Source: Mytilus edulis
Lineage: Eukaryota
Reading direction: 5' to 3'
NCBI RefSeq assembly: GCF_963676685.1
Contig: NC_092350.1
Span: 7,316,001-7,380,000 of the forward strand
Length of the DNA: 64,000 nucleotides
Shown: positions 35,401 to 47,703 of the stretch, piece by piece
How the letters are laid out: each line of letters starts with the position of its first letter
Position numbering within the stretch: position 1 is the first letter of the stretch
Translations under genes and position numbers: made by a program
The notes under the pieces: model-generated
What the model was told of the DNA's origin: nothing
Database searches by the model: none
Seen by the model: the letters and a program-made list of their open reading frames with translations, nothing else

Positions 35401-38210
35401 ACATGTTATTTTTATGCTTTATTTAAAAGATAAACATTATTATAGAAAAAGGTCTGTATGCCGCTGTACGAGTGTGTACTCTAAAGACACAAATAAACAA
35501 AATAGGTGCATCATGTTTACGTTTCATTAGACATTTTTACTTAGTTTTGGCTTTTATTTTTATTTGGTGTTTAAAAGAGTAAAGTTTTTTTTGTAATTTA
35601 TTCTTATTTCATCTGAAAATACACCAAGCATTGTGATACATAAATATATAGATAATTCATAAAACATATATATTGATATTAAATTTTTCAATAACAGTCT
35701 AAAATTAAAAAGTTAGCTATGCTAATTGTTATAAATTTTCTACTCGATCATACACATCCTTTGTCATTCTCGATTAGAATACCTGAATATGTTGGTAAGG
35801 TTAATGATGGCATCAGCCTTCTCCTCTAGCCAGATGCGTCACTTCCTATACAATGATGTTGAACATGAGAGGTACCAGGAGAGGCCACCAGAGATCATTA
35901 ACAGATAACATGTTGGACAGAATCACATAATAAATGTCAACCTGAGTCAAGGGGAGATAATTCAAATACAATCAAACAACAAGTATATCAATATATATAT
36001 ATACCAATAACAATAAACATAGATATTATTAGATAGTACTTTTAAGATGCACACAAATCACTGTCCAGTTGTGATGTGCATCAAAAGAGTAAAGTTGTTC
36101 ATATCATATTGATAGAGTTTGATGTGGCAGATAAATGGTAATAAGTGGACATAGTAAACTCTAAAAAAATACTTAATTTGTAAGAATAAATAAAAAGTTT
36201 AAAACATTTTATTTGTTTCTTAGAGTCAAATGAAAAGAATGAAGACTTGTTACCAGATATTCCTGATGTCAACACTGGCTATGGAAATTACAACTCGGAC
36301 TGTTTAACAAATATGGAAACAACGACAGTTCATTCCAATCATACATCAGAGAATATGAAAAATGACGATTCAACTGAGGAGCCTGATTTAATGTCTGAAA
36401 TAGTAAAGGAAGACAAACGTTTGGTATCAGACAGTTCAGAGAATGAAAATACTGATGAAAACTCAGACGTTATAGAAGTCGGAGATAAGACTAGTCAGAT
36501 GTCATTGTACCCTGGAGAGGCGGAGCCAGAGTCAGAGGTCACAGGGAGGAACATAACTTCACATACAAATCTAGATTTTTTAGTGGTGACAAGTCGATCA
36601 CATGATCAGAGAGAACAGGTTGGTACTGACACATGGCATATATAAAAAAAAAATGATCTGATGTCTATCTTAAAAATCAGTTTTGGATATGCCTGAAGTC
36701 AAATATTAATGTGCTAAATTCCTATAAAACTTTGTGAGATGCTATAATTGACTCAAAATAACTTCCAAAACCATCTTATTAATAAATGAGTATTGAATCC
36801 TGCTTGTCACATTTGACTTTAGTTTACTAGGATTGCCAGAGGTGAAGATTGAGGGTTTATTGAGGCACTCCTGCTTCCTCCACCAATAAAAACTGACTGT
36901 CATAAAATAGCCGATAGTACTGAAATAGTCGTTAAAACTCAAAAAATCAATCAAATGTAGTTCTGTAATTCCATTGATTTCAGAATATGGTTTAAAGTGA
37001 AATCAAACATACTTTGAATTCATTTATTTTCATGGGTACCAACTTTTGTTGAAGGAAGCCATTTTGAAGTGCAAGTTTGCAATTAAATATTAGATTCCTT
37101 CGTTTTGCTGAAGTTGACGTAAATGTACAAGGCTATGAGAACTTACACTTCATTGAACATTATATAAATAACACAGAGAGGGTGATAGAGCAGATTGTTT
37201 CCCCCAGAAAACATTGTCAACCGCCGCAAAGCCAAGGTTGACAATGCGTTTTTGAGGGGTACCAATCTGCTCTATCACCCTCTCAGCTATGTGTTATTTA
37301 ATTAATTATACTGAATGTCCTATCATTATTGTCTTTTACTGATCAAGATTACATTATGTTTTCTGATCTGTCCGTCCATCAGTTCATTCGTTCGTCTGTC
37401 CGTTTGTCCCGCTTCAGGTTAAAGTTCTTGGTCGAGGTAGTTTTTGATGAAGTTGAAGTCCAATCAACTTGAAACTTAGCAACCATGTTCCTATGACATG
37501 ATCTTTCTAATTTTAATGCCAAATTAGAGATTTCCCCCAATTTTTATGGTCTATTGAACATAGAAAATGATAGGGCGGATGTACTTGGGACACATTCTTG
37601 TTTTCAAAGTATTTTCTGTGAGGCAAGATGATTTATTTTTTTAATCAAATGATAAAATCTGAGCGAAAACGTAGAACTTAAGCATATATTTAATTATTTG
37701 ATGTAAATTCAATTCATTGTCCTTTCAATTGTCGACTTCTGATTGGTCTGGACGAAAGGGTAACTAACATTAAAAAAAAACGTCACCTGCTCAGCCATGT
37801 GATAGAGTTAATTAACACTCTCGTAGTAGCCAATCAAAATATGCCATTTTAATGTGAAGTATAATAATTAAATTTATGGTTTATCTTCATGTTATACATA
37901 AAAAAAATGAAAAACAGTAAATCTCACTTTTAATAAATAACAATAAACATCTCAGTCAACTAATGGACTTTTTACAAGAGCACAGAAAACTAATTCATTG
38001 ATTTAATTTTGATCATGATGACATATATTTATACTCTGTGAATATTTTTTTTTCTAATTTTAGATATGTCCAGATACATCAGACGAAGTAGAACCATTTT
38101 CATTGGACAATGATTTTGATTATGACAATGTTATATTAACTCCAAAGTTCACCATGAAGGAAGTTGCACATTTGAAATCATTTCTACCAAGAACTGATGT
38201 CAAGGCATGA
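32309..38210 (+). CDS. IFTAP: Intraflagellar transport-associated protein (NWC/C11orf74 orthologue), 6 coding exons, about 330 aa
   Basis: Exons 32309-32450, 33361-33536, 33990-34052, 34957-35026, 36224-36618 and 38064-38210 all have GT-AG ends with compatible phases (1,0,0,1,0), 993 nt in total. Motifs [30 protein letters not shown] and [24 protein letters not shown] match, in order, the conserved blocks I recall from vertebrate C11orf74 (QTYDEEFLNTFTHL, VDNFLD, LLPGEVE, DEVQLFSLDEEFDYDNVMLTSKFS). AATAAA at 38252. Confidence 0.88.
33361..33536 (+). CDS. IFTAP: IFTAP/NWC coding exon 2
   Basis: ttaatcag|...gaagag|gt; open in phase 1 to 0. Confidence 0.75.
33990..34052 (+). CDS. IFTAP: IFTAP/NWC coding exon 3
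   Basis: tttttaag|GTG...AAG|gttag; 21 codons [21 protein letters not shown]. Confidence 0.75.
34957..35026 (+). CDS. IFTAP: IFTAP/NWC coding exon 4
   Basis: ttttag|[23 protein letters not shown]|gtaaa. Confidence 0.8.
36224..36618 (+). CDS. IFTAP: IFTAP/NWC coding exon 5 (acidic, low complexity)
   Basis: ttcttag| acceptor, overlaps ORF 36247-36645, contains LYPGEAE, donor cag|gttggt. Confidence 0.8.
37165..37870. mobile_element. Crypton-like non-autonomous element with a long hairpin and an inserted HINE fragment, in the last IFTAP intron
   Basis: Hairpin 37165-37300 (GAGAGGGTGATAGAGCAGATTG / CAATCTGCTCTATCACCCTCTC); family assignment is from recalled architecture only. Confidence 0.45.
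38064..38210 (+). CDS. IFTAP: IFTAP/NWC last coding exon
   Basis: ttttag|[30 protein letters not shown]...VKA*. Confidence 0.9.
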   Translation: MCPDTSDEVEPFSLDNDFDYDNVILTPKFTMKEVAHLKSFLPRTDVKA

Positions 38211-38369
38211 TACTTCAGATGAAAACTTTTAATCAACATTCCGTCCTTTATAATAAAATGCCAGAAATACTAATACAAATATTGTTCATGTTTTAACCTT
38301 GTAATGTTTTAAAACCAAAAAACCATGAAAATTGAAAGAATTAATTCCAATTTATTAAGCAGAAAATAC

Positions 38370-38895
38370 CATGTAGCACCATTCAATCAGCACCTACATA
38401 AAGAGCATTTTTCCCAGTTGATATGTTATTCCAGGGCTTGTATTTTGCTATCACAATTTTCTTGATAAAAGGTTGCTTCTCAAAAAGAAGCTATTAAACC
38501 AATTGTTCTAAGTGGTGAAGTTGGAGTCATCCATTTGTGAATTGTATGGATGCCATCACAAGCTTGTTGACTGTTATGGAATATCTGTTTCACAGATGAT
38601 AGCAGATATGCTTCAATTGTCGTAATTACAACCCAATTCCCTGCTCCCCAAATGAGACCTAAGGAAATGGCTTTTTATCAGGGTTTTAACTCACATGAGC
38701 AACAGGATGGTTGCCACATGTGGAGCAGGATCTGCTTACCATTCCACACCTGGGCACCTGAGATCACCCCCAGTTTTAATTGAGGTTTGTATGGTCCACC
38801 TATTTGTCTGTTGGTCTTTTTTCTATTTTGGCCTTGGTGTCAATTATATTTGACTTCTGAGTTTGAATTACCCTTTGGTTTCTTTCACCTCTCTT
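38370..38895 (+). mobile_element. Decayed Penelope-like element 3' fragment
   Basis: Broken frame resembling the PLE RT C-terminus (...SQLI.YSRAC...FLDK.LLL.KKLLNQ...KL.SS...YG.HH.LVD.YGISVSQM). Confidence 0.55.
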
Positions 38896-38931
38896 CCACT
38901 TAATATTTAATATGCACATGCATATGCATTC

Positions 38932-39799
38932 TTTTTCGCTCACCGTTCAGAAAGTGCTATCACCTGGTATCCCTCGTCCGTCTGGTGTTTATAAAAGGCC
39001 CCGATAAAACAATGTAAAACAATTGAAACAAGAAAACAAACGGTAAACTATTTCAAACATCTTCTCCCCTGAAACTACTGAAGCAATTACTACCAAACGT
39101 TAGCTGAATAATTCTTAGGGTATATAAACTTTGTGTTTTATTTTATGTTTCGTTTAAAAACATGGCCGCCAAGGCTAATAATATAACATAGGGGTAAAAT
39201 GCAGTTTTTGGCTTATATCTCAAACACTAAAGTATTAAGAGCAAATCTGATGTGAGGTAAAATTGTTTATAAGGTAAAGTTCTATCAGCCCTAATATTTT
39301 CAGATGAATCTGATAACCCATTGTTGGGTTGCTGCCACAAAATTGATAATTTTAAGGAAATTTTAGAAGTTTTTAGTTATTATCTTGAATATTAGCAAAA
39401 ATGTTCAGCAAAGTAAGATCTACATAAAAGTTTATGGGACCAAAATTGTCAATGGACCCCTTAAGGATTTACTGCCCTCTAAAGACAATTTACTGAATTT
39501 GTTCATCCAGTTTGCTTGCTTTAAAACTGCTGAATCACTTTCAGCAAAACTTAGGCTGAATGAGTTGCAGAATATCTAGTATAAATTTTATTTCCTTGTA
39601 CGTCAAGAGACATAGCCACTATGACTAAAATGGAACATAGGGGGTAAAATGCACTTTTTTCGCTTTTGAAAATATGACAGATACAAAGAACATTTAAATG
39701 GAATTTTTAAGACACCCATTTAAAATATATATTGAAAAGCAAAATTATCATTATGGAACATAACAAGTGAGCTATTCAGGCTCTTCGGAGCCTCTTGTT
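38932..39799 (+). mobile_element. Decayed HINE-like element
   Basis: GCTCAC...GTGAGC subterminal pair and AGGCTCTTCGGAGCCT 3' hairpin; similar end at 49500-49540. Confidence 0.5.
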
Positions 39800-39934
39800 T
39801 ATATAGATTAGGCCATTCTTTTTCTTATATCTATAAAAAACAAAGATAAAATACATTAATTGTTTTTATCTTGAAAATGTAAAGATAGTCTAAATTAAAT
39901 TCTCATGTTTATGTTAATATGCACATATGAAATG

Positions 39935-42072
39935 TTTACTGTTGTCCTGTGGTGTTAACCTTTGTTTTGTTGTATTAACCTTTGTCCTGTGGTGTTGACC
40001 TTTGCCATGGGGTGTTTACTTTTGTCTTGTGGTGTTAACCTTTGTCTTGTGGTGTTTTTGTCTGGTGGTGTTAATTTTTGTCCTATGGTGTTAACCTTTG
40101 TCCTGTGGTGTTGACCTTTGCCATTGGGTGTTTACTTTTGTCTTGTTGTGTTAACCTTTGTCCTGTGGTGTTGACCTTTTTCTTTTGTTGTTTACCTTTG
40201 TCTTGTTGTGTTAACCTTTGTCCTGCGGTGGTGTTTACCTTTGTCCTGTGGTGTTGACCTTTGCCATGGTGTGTTTACTTTTGTCTTGTGGTGTTAACCT
40301 TTGTCCTGTGGTGTTGACCTTTGTCTTTTGTTGTTTACCTTTGTCTTGTAGTGTTAACCTTTGTCCTGTTGTGTTTACCTTTGTCCTGCGGTGGTGTTAC
40401 CCTTTGTCCTGTGGTGTTGACCTTTGCCATGGGGTGTTTACTTTTGTCTTGTGGTGTTAACCCTTGTCCTGTGGTGTTGACCTTTGTATTTTGTTGTTTA
40501 CCTTTGTCTTGTTGTGTTAACCTTTGTCCTGTGGTGTTGACCTTTGTCTTTTACTGTTTACCTTTGTCTTGTGGTGTTTACCTTTGTCCTGTTATGTTTA
40601 CCTTTGTCCTGTTATGTTTACCTTTGTCCTGCGGTATTGACCTTTGCCATCGGGTGTTTACTTTTGTCTTGTGGTGTAAACCTTTGTCTTGTGAGGTAAC
40701 CTTTGTCCTGTGGTGTTAACCTTTGTTCTGTGGTGTTGACCTTTGCCATGGGGTGTTTACTGATGTCTTGTGGTGTTAACCTTTGTCTTGTGGTGTTAAC
40801 CTTTGTCTTGTGGTGTTAACCTTTGTTCTGTGGTGTTGACCTTTGTCATGGGTTGTTTACTTCTGTCTTGTGGTGTCTACCTTTGTCTTGTGGTGTTAAA
40901 CTTTGTCCTGTGGTGTTAACTTAATGTCCTGTGGTGTTAACCTAATGTCCTGTGGTGTTAACTTTGGTCTTGTGGTGTTAACCTTTGTCCTGTGGTGTTT
41001 ATACTTTTTCTGTGAATTTTACCTATGTCCTTGGCGTTAATCTTTGTCATGTTGTGTTTACATTTGTCATGAGGGCTTTACCTTTGTCCTGTGGTGTTAA
41101 TCTTATGTCCTGCGGTGTTTACCTTCTTATTGCGGTGTAAACTTTTGTCCTGTGGTGTTCACATTTGTCTTGTGGTTTTACCTTTGCCCTGTGGTATTTA
41201 CCTTTTTCCTCTGGTTTTTACCTTTGTCTTGCGGTGTTTCAATTGTCTTGTCGTGTTAAAATTTGTCCTGTGTTGTTTAACTTTGTCCGTTGGTAAATAG
41301 CTTTGTCCTGTGGTGTTTATCTTTGTCATGTGGTGCATGTTAACATTTGTCCTGTGGTGTTAATTTTATGTCCTGCGATGTTTATGTTTATCCTGTAGTG
41401 TTTACATTCGATCTGTGGTGTTAACATTTGTCTTGTGGTGTTTACCTTTGACCTGTGTTGTTTACATGTGTCCTGTAGTGTTAACATTTGTCGTGTGGTG
41501 TTTACCTTCGTCCTGTTGTGTTTGCCCTTGTTCTGTTGTGTTTACCTATGATCTGATGTGTTTACCTTTGTCTTGTGGTGTTTACATTTGTCCTGTGACG
41601 TTACCATTTGTTCTGTGGTGTTTACCGTAGTCCTGTGGTGTTTACTCTTGTTCTGTTGTGTTAACCTTTGTCCTGTGTTATTTACCTTTGTCCTGTGATG
41701 TTGACTTTGTCTTCTGTTATTTACCCTTGTCCTGTGGTGTTTAACTTTGTCTTGTTTTGTACCTTCGTCCTGTGGTGTTTACTTTTGACCTGTGTTGTTT
41801 ACATTTGTCCTGTAGTGTTAACATTTGTCGTGTGGTGTTTACCTTTGTCCTGTGGTATTTGCCCTTGTTCTGTTGTGTTTACCTATGATCTGATATGTTT
41901 ACCTTTGTCCTGTGGTGTTTACATTTGTCCTGTGATGTTAACATTTGTCCTGTGGTGTTTACATTTGCCCTGTGATGTTAACATTTGTCCTGTGTTGTTT
42001 ACATTTGTCCTGTGATGTTAACATTTGTCCTGTGGTGTTTGCCCTTGATCTGATGTGTTTACGTTTGTCCTT
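39935..42072. repeat. 20-bp minisatellite (CTTTGTCCTGTGGTGTTAAC)n, about 100 copies
   Basis: Directly visible; the Cys/Val/Leu ORFs here are artefacts of the repeat. Confidence 0.95.
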
Positions 42073-44124
42073 TAAGTATAACCATTGTTACACAGTCTTG
42101 GCACACACTTGATTTGTTCATATGAGAGATGATCATCTTACCAGCTTCTGGGTATATTGACATAATGGAAAAAATATGTAAAAGTCTTATATGTCTAAAT
42201 GTACACTGTATGTGTTTTATTACGGCCTTGTGTAATGTTGGCACAAAGTAACAACAATGAAATTAACCACCAAAAAATTTAAATTCAAGAATCCGTTAGT
42301 TTCATTTATGTTGACGTGAACTTGTCCTCCTCTTTCTCTTGTTGTCTTTTATGTCAGATCATTATGGTCTTGCATTGCATATGGTTTTGTCATTGGCAAT
42401 CATATCACATATTTTGATTTTTATATTGCATAAGATACAGACTTGCTTTCCGCAACGCATTGATAAGATACAGAAAGTGTATGGTACATATCATATAAAG
42501 CCGTTTATTAACTAATTACTGTGAAATAATGGTACTCTACTCAACAAATTTGTATTAGAACTCAGAAAGGGGAAATTCACAATTGTCATTTAGCAATCTA
42601 TGAATGAAAGTCTTTAAAACGGGTTTTAAACGAACTGTTAACACATTTTTTTAAAATAAAAATTCAGGCTTCATTAAGATTTGTTTGAAAATAAATATGA
42701 TTGGCTGTCCAATAACACCGGTATGAGACCAATGCAATAGGAAGATCATGCTCGGGCAATGGATTTAGGTACGTAGAGAATATTCCCACGACGAGCAGGT
42801 ACTTGTTCTTGGTTAACCATCATCATTTTATTTCATACATTATCATAAAGAGCAAATTACTAAGTATACTACCATGTAAACGTGTGAACAAATTAAAATG
42901 AAATCGAGTGGTCATTTTAAAATGAACTTTTGATGAAACATTGACGTGTCTAAATACTCATTCTTGCTTGTCACATGTTGAGTGTAGCTGAAATCCAATG
43001 GTTAGTTTGGTAGTAAACGTGACTTTTCAATAATACCCGTCAATTAAGACAGTATTAATATAGTTATATCAACTTAAAAAAAACAATTAAAATAATTATG
43101 TTATCAGTGATCGGGAACGTACTATCTTTACAGTAAACCATTTCTACTGCTACTTAGTGTCAGAGTCAATCTATTAAAACGATGATAAACACATTAGGAT
43201 ATATAATTTTATCATCAAAATAAATAGATCATACTGCTAGAGATGATAGGAGAGGATAAGAATTTTCAGAAGTCAAAATTTATTGATTTTCTAACTATTT
43301 TTTGTTTTTCTATAAAGTTTAAGCTTAAGTAGCTCTCGGTTGGGTCTCTGATTAAGTTGTCTGATTCTGGTTGGTAGGTCTGGATGGACAGACGAAATAA
43401 AAGAAAACATGAAAGAGAAATTAGAACGTGTAATGACAACATCATATTTTGTACGATAAAATAAGTGATAGTGGTATTAACATCATTCAGTCGTAAATAA
43501 TTTGGATGATAAGGTTTAGATAATTCATAATTTGTTTAGCTTCTGTTATAGATGATTTATTTTATTTTCAAACTGTACCCGCTAGGTATATATGACTTTC
43601 AGTATACAAACTGAAAATATTACCTTTCATCATAGAGGTGTGACTTTCTTGGTAAATATTTCATTTTCAGTTCAGGAACTGTTTTCAGTTTGTCCTTGCT
43701 TTTAACAGACATTTAACGATTTTAAACGGAACAAACTCTTGCAGAAATATGAAAAAACATTAATAGGTCACTGCTTCGATATGCAACTTTGATTGTAACA
43801 AGTCTTTCGCATTTCTGCACATGTAACTTAGTCATAAATGCTGAATGACAACTGAAAGAGCATCCTGTCATTTTGATTGTTCCTTTTCAAATTATTTTTA
43901 AAGAGAACAAAGAATATAGCTGATTATGGGGTATGGGCTTTCAAGTGCTTATTGTTGAAGACCGTATGGTGAACTGTAGTTGTTGTTTTCTGTGCCGTTT
44001 GGTCTCTTGCGGAGAGTTGTCTCATTAACAATCATGCCACACCTTCCTTTTTATTAAATCAAACTCAACATAAACCACGATGCAATAGCAACTAAACCAA
44101 TGTATGATTTCGTGCTTTTGTTGA

Positions 44125-45103
44125 TTTTTATACGACCGTAAAAAAAAATTTGGGATCGTATAATGGTATGATGTCGTCTGCGTCGTCGTCGTCCGAAGAC
44201 GCATTGGTTTCCGGACAATAACTTTAGTTTAAGCGAATATATATTTATGTTTTTTCAGAAGGTTCAATACCACAAAAGGAAGGTTGGGATTTATTTTGGG
44301 GATGTTGGTCCTAACCGATTAGAAATAAAAGGCCCAAAAGAGGCCCAAAAGAGGCCCAAAACAAGCATTTTTCTAGTTTCAGGATAATAACTTGTGTGTA
44401 AGTATTTCAATTGCTCTGAAATTGTACCAAAATGTTTAATACCATGCACCAGTAGACGGTTGGGTCTCATTGTATGGGTTATGGTGCCAACACTTCAGGA
44501 ATTAAGGGCCAAAAAGGGGCCAAAAACAAGCATTTTTCGAGTATCCAGACAATAACTTGTATTTTGTGCAAGTGTATGGATCTCTCTGAAATTGTACCAC
44601 AATGTTCCATATAACAAAGGAAAAGCTGAGATTGAGTTTTGGGTTAATTGCCCTTAACATGTAGGAATTACGGGCAAAATAAGGGCTAAAAAGAAGCATT
44701 TTTCTAGTTTCCAGACAATAACTTGTGTTTAAGTGTATGGATCTCTCTGAAATGTACTACAAGGTTCCATACTACAAAGGAAAGGCTGGGATTGTGTTTT
44801 AGGGTTATTGCTTCAAGGGGGAATTCAATAAGCTTTTTTTTTGGGGGGGGGGTGATTTTTTGTTTACATTTTTTTTTAAGAGATTCATATTTTGTTTGAA
44901 GAAATCTTCAATTGCACAGTATTGCACAATAGATTTGTAAGATCTTTGACCACATTTATTGTGTGTCAGAAACCTATATTATGTCACAATTTTATCACAA
45001 TCCAAATTCACAGCATCAAGCTTGAATATTGTGTTCAAATTTGCCCCAACTGTTCAGGGTTCGACCTCTGCGGTCGTATCAGGCTGCGCTCAGCGAATCA
45101 TTG
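44125..45103 (+). mobile_element. HINE-like element family C
   Basis: TTTTTATACGACCG start, (CGT)n, internal tandem units, subterminal GCGGTCGTAT; related to 59709-61677. Confidence 0.75.
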
Positions 45104-45143
45104 TATCACCGTTTGTTCTTATATTGTCCTGTTATCCGAGTAT

Positions 45144-45515
45144 TTTATGTAGACGAAACGCGTGTCTGGCGTATTAATTTATAATCCAGGTATATTTGAT
45201 AACTATTTACACCACTAGGTTGATGCCACTGCTGGTGGACGTTCGTCCCTGAGGGTATCACCAGCTAGTCAGCACTTCGGTGTTGACATGCATATCAATT
45301 ATATGGCCATTTTTATAAATTTTCTGAAACAAAACTTTGAATAAGATTACCTTAGCCGTATTTGGCACAACATTTTTGGAATTTTGGGTCCTCAATGCTC
45401 TTCAACTTTGTACTTGTTTGGCTTTATAACTTTTTTGATCTAAGTGTCATTGAAGAGTCTTATGTAGACGAAACGCGCGTCTAGCGTATTAAATTATAAT
45501 CCTGGTACCTTTGAA
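45144..45515 (+). mobile_element. Retrozyme-like repeat: 315-nt monomer bounded by minimal type I hammerhead motifs
   Basis: Direct repeat TATGTAGACGAAACGCG(C/T)GTC at 45146 and 45461; second copy gtca-TTGAAGA-GTCT-tatgt-AGAC-GAAA-CGCGCG-TC. Confidence 0.75.
45443..45488 (+). ncRNA. Degenerate minimal type I hammerhead ribozyme
   Basis: Stem II GTCT/AGAC, GAAA, palindromic stem III CGCGCG, GUC site at 45479-45481; core C3 is mutated to U and stem I is weak. Confidence 0.6.
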
Positions 45516-47162
45516 AACCGATTAGGGTATAATATTTATCTTGAGAAATACTTTAGTTTCAACACATCTTGTAATGCACCTAGGGTACTTCAGTGCCCGC
45601 CTGCCTCATCCTGATATTCGTGGGTAGGTTTTGGTTTTGATTTTCACAGACAAGACACGAACTGGAAGTGACATGACCAGATATTCAGGTCTTTGACTTC
45701 TAAATAAACAACCAAGTTCTACAATGAGATAGAAGTAAGCTTGTAAAGCTATACGACCTGATGACGGTTTACAATATTCCATTAAAAATCCAATTCGAAT
45801 TAGAAACAAATGCGTCAAATATATTTTAGCCGATTTAGAATTGACTGGTGATAAATTTTCACCCCTCCCTGACTGTTTCCTCACAAGCTATTGTCAGTAG
45901 TAATTATAGGATAATTATATCTGAACATACAAATCATTGAAATCTCTGTGGAAATTACAGTTTCACGACTTAGATTCTGGGCATTAACGTTCAAAATTAC
46001 ATTGGTAGAAAATTACAATTTTAATCTTTAAAGAAGACCTCATTAAGCCGAGACAATTTGAAGCCGTTACCCAATGAGAAGGCTGAGATTACAATATATT
46101 CTAATAACTTCAGGAGCTTCTTCATTTTCTTAAGGATAGAAAGTATTCTGTTGATGAGGTCGGTTGTAAATCAATTATTTTTTCATCTAAATAGGAAGGG
46201 AAAACTGTGATGTTTTAGATACGTGGATTAGTGTTATAATGACTTTCCCAAGATTGGTTTACTCCTAACAAGATTCTCATGCTGAATGCACTGTGACGTA
46301 GGACAAAGACAAATTACCATTGTTAAAAACAATTTATCACTTATTTTATATACATGTATATTTGAAACAGTAATTTTGTGTACACTTGGTACAGACGCTT
46401 GAAACATACATGTATGCTTTCCTCGCTGATTCGTTCGTTATATACGTCACTGTAAGTCTGTTATAGAACCCAAATGACAAAAAAACTGCGACGTTTATAA
46501 TATCATTCAATTTCTTTGGTGTGCTCAAAAAATTATGCCAAGTGTATAAATAAGATTAATTTGAGAACGCGAACAATTTTGTTATAGATTTAGGCATTTC
46601 GTTTTTGTAACTGCACGTTGATTCCGGGCTTCAAAACTGTCTGTTCCTGAAATAAGTCTCAATGCCATTGCAACAGTTCCTAAAAGATTATTATTACTTC
46701 TCAGTCTATAAAGTGCACGTGTGAAGATTTTTGTCGTTCTAAGCGCATGTTATTCAATCTCCACCCTTCTACCAATTTAATTTCTTTCATTTTCATTGAT
46801 AAAAGTGTTGAATGTGCACAAATAAATTTAGGGGAATGACACGAACATGTCATCGGTTCGTATGTTGTATCTTCGATGTTGTGTCAATTTCACTGCCCAA
46901 TGAATATAGAAAACGATAGTGCGAGTGGTGGTCATCCGTGTTTTGTTTTTGTTTTTGTTGTAAATTCTCTGATTTTTAGTTTTCAATAGTTTTAATAATC
47001 CCATATACTTTGCAGCGGTGCAATTTATTTTTAAATCATTAGAAACGTGTTCCGCGAAAACCATTGTCACTTGTAACTATGAACTAGAGATGTGCTACTG
47101 GACTGTAAAAGCGACCGTTTGAGAAGACAGGCTATAGAAGATGATGTTTAAATTCTATTTAA

Positions 47163-47703
47163 GGGGGGTTCGCGGGTCAAATTTTTTTATATAGGATTTC
47201 TCAATATTTTTCTATAAATGAACTTTATCTTATAGTTAAGAGAAAAATAAAATAAAAAAAATGGGGTCACCGTTCATTTGCGCTCACAATCTGCCTTCGA
47301 AAGAAGCGTACATCTTTGTAAAAGTATTTTTTTTTCTGTTGAACTAATAGGAGAAATAAAGGTAATATCGAAATAAAAAAAGAAATTTATTACAGAAATT
47401 GCTCAAACTTTACAATAATTTAGTCTAAGTAAAGCATATATCGAAATTATATTAAAAAATATAGGTCACCGATGAGTTAAAAGAGATATTTCAATTTTAA
47501 AGCCAAAAAATGGCATTTCCCACCAAAGGGAGATAATTTGGAACTTTTTAGATGATGTTTACATTTTAAAAGTCATCTGGGGCCAACACGAATTATTTTT
47601 TTTTGTACCATATGATAAAGTAACAACTACAAAAGGCAATAAATAAAATTTGTAATGAAAAACAAATGTTTAATTTTTTTCTGAAATTTGTATACCCTCG
47701 AGC
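47163..47703. mobile_element. Kolobok-like non-autonomous element
   Basis: TTAA on both flanks; degenerate TIR GGTTCGCGGGTCAAATTT / AAATTTGTATACCCTCGAGC. Confidence 0.55.

Noticed and set aside
40218-42015. Cys/Val/Leu-rich ORFs
   Set aside because: Translations of the 20-bp array.
45750-45820. CTGATGA...GAAAC...GTC as a hammerhead
   Set aside because: No convincing stems I-III.
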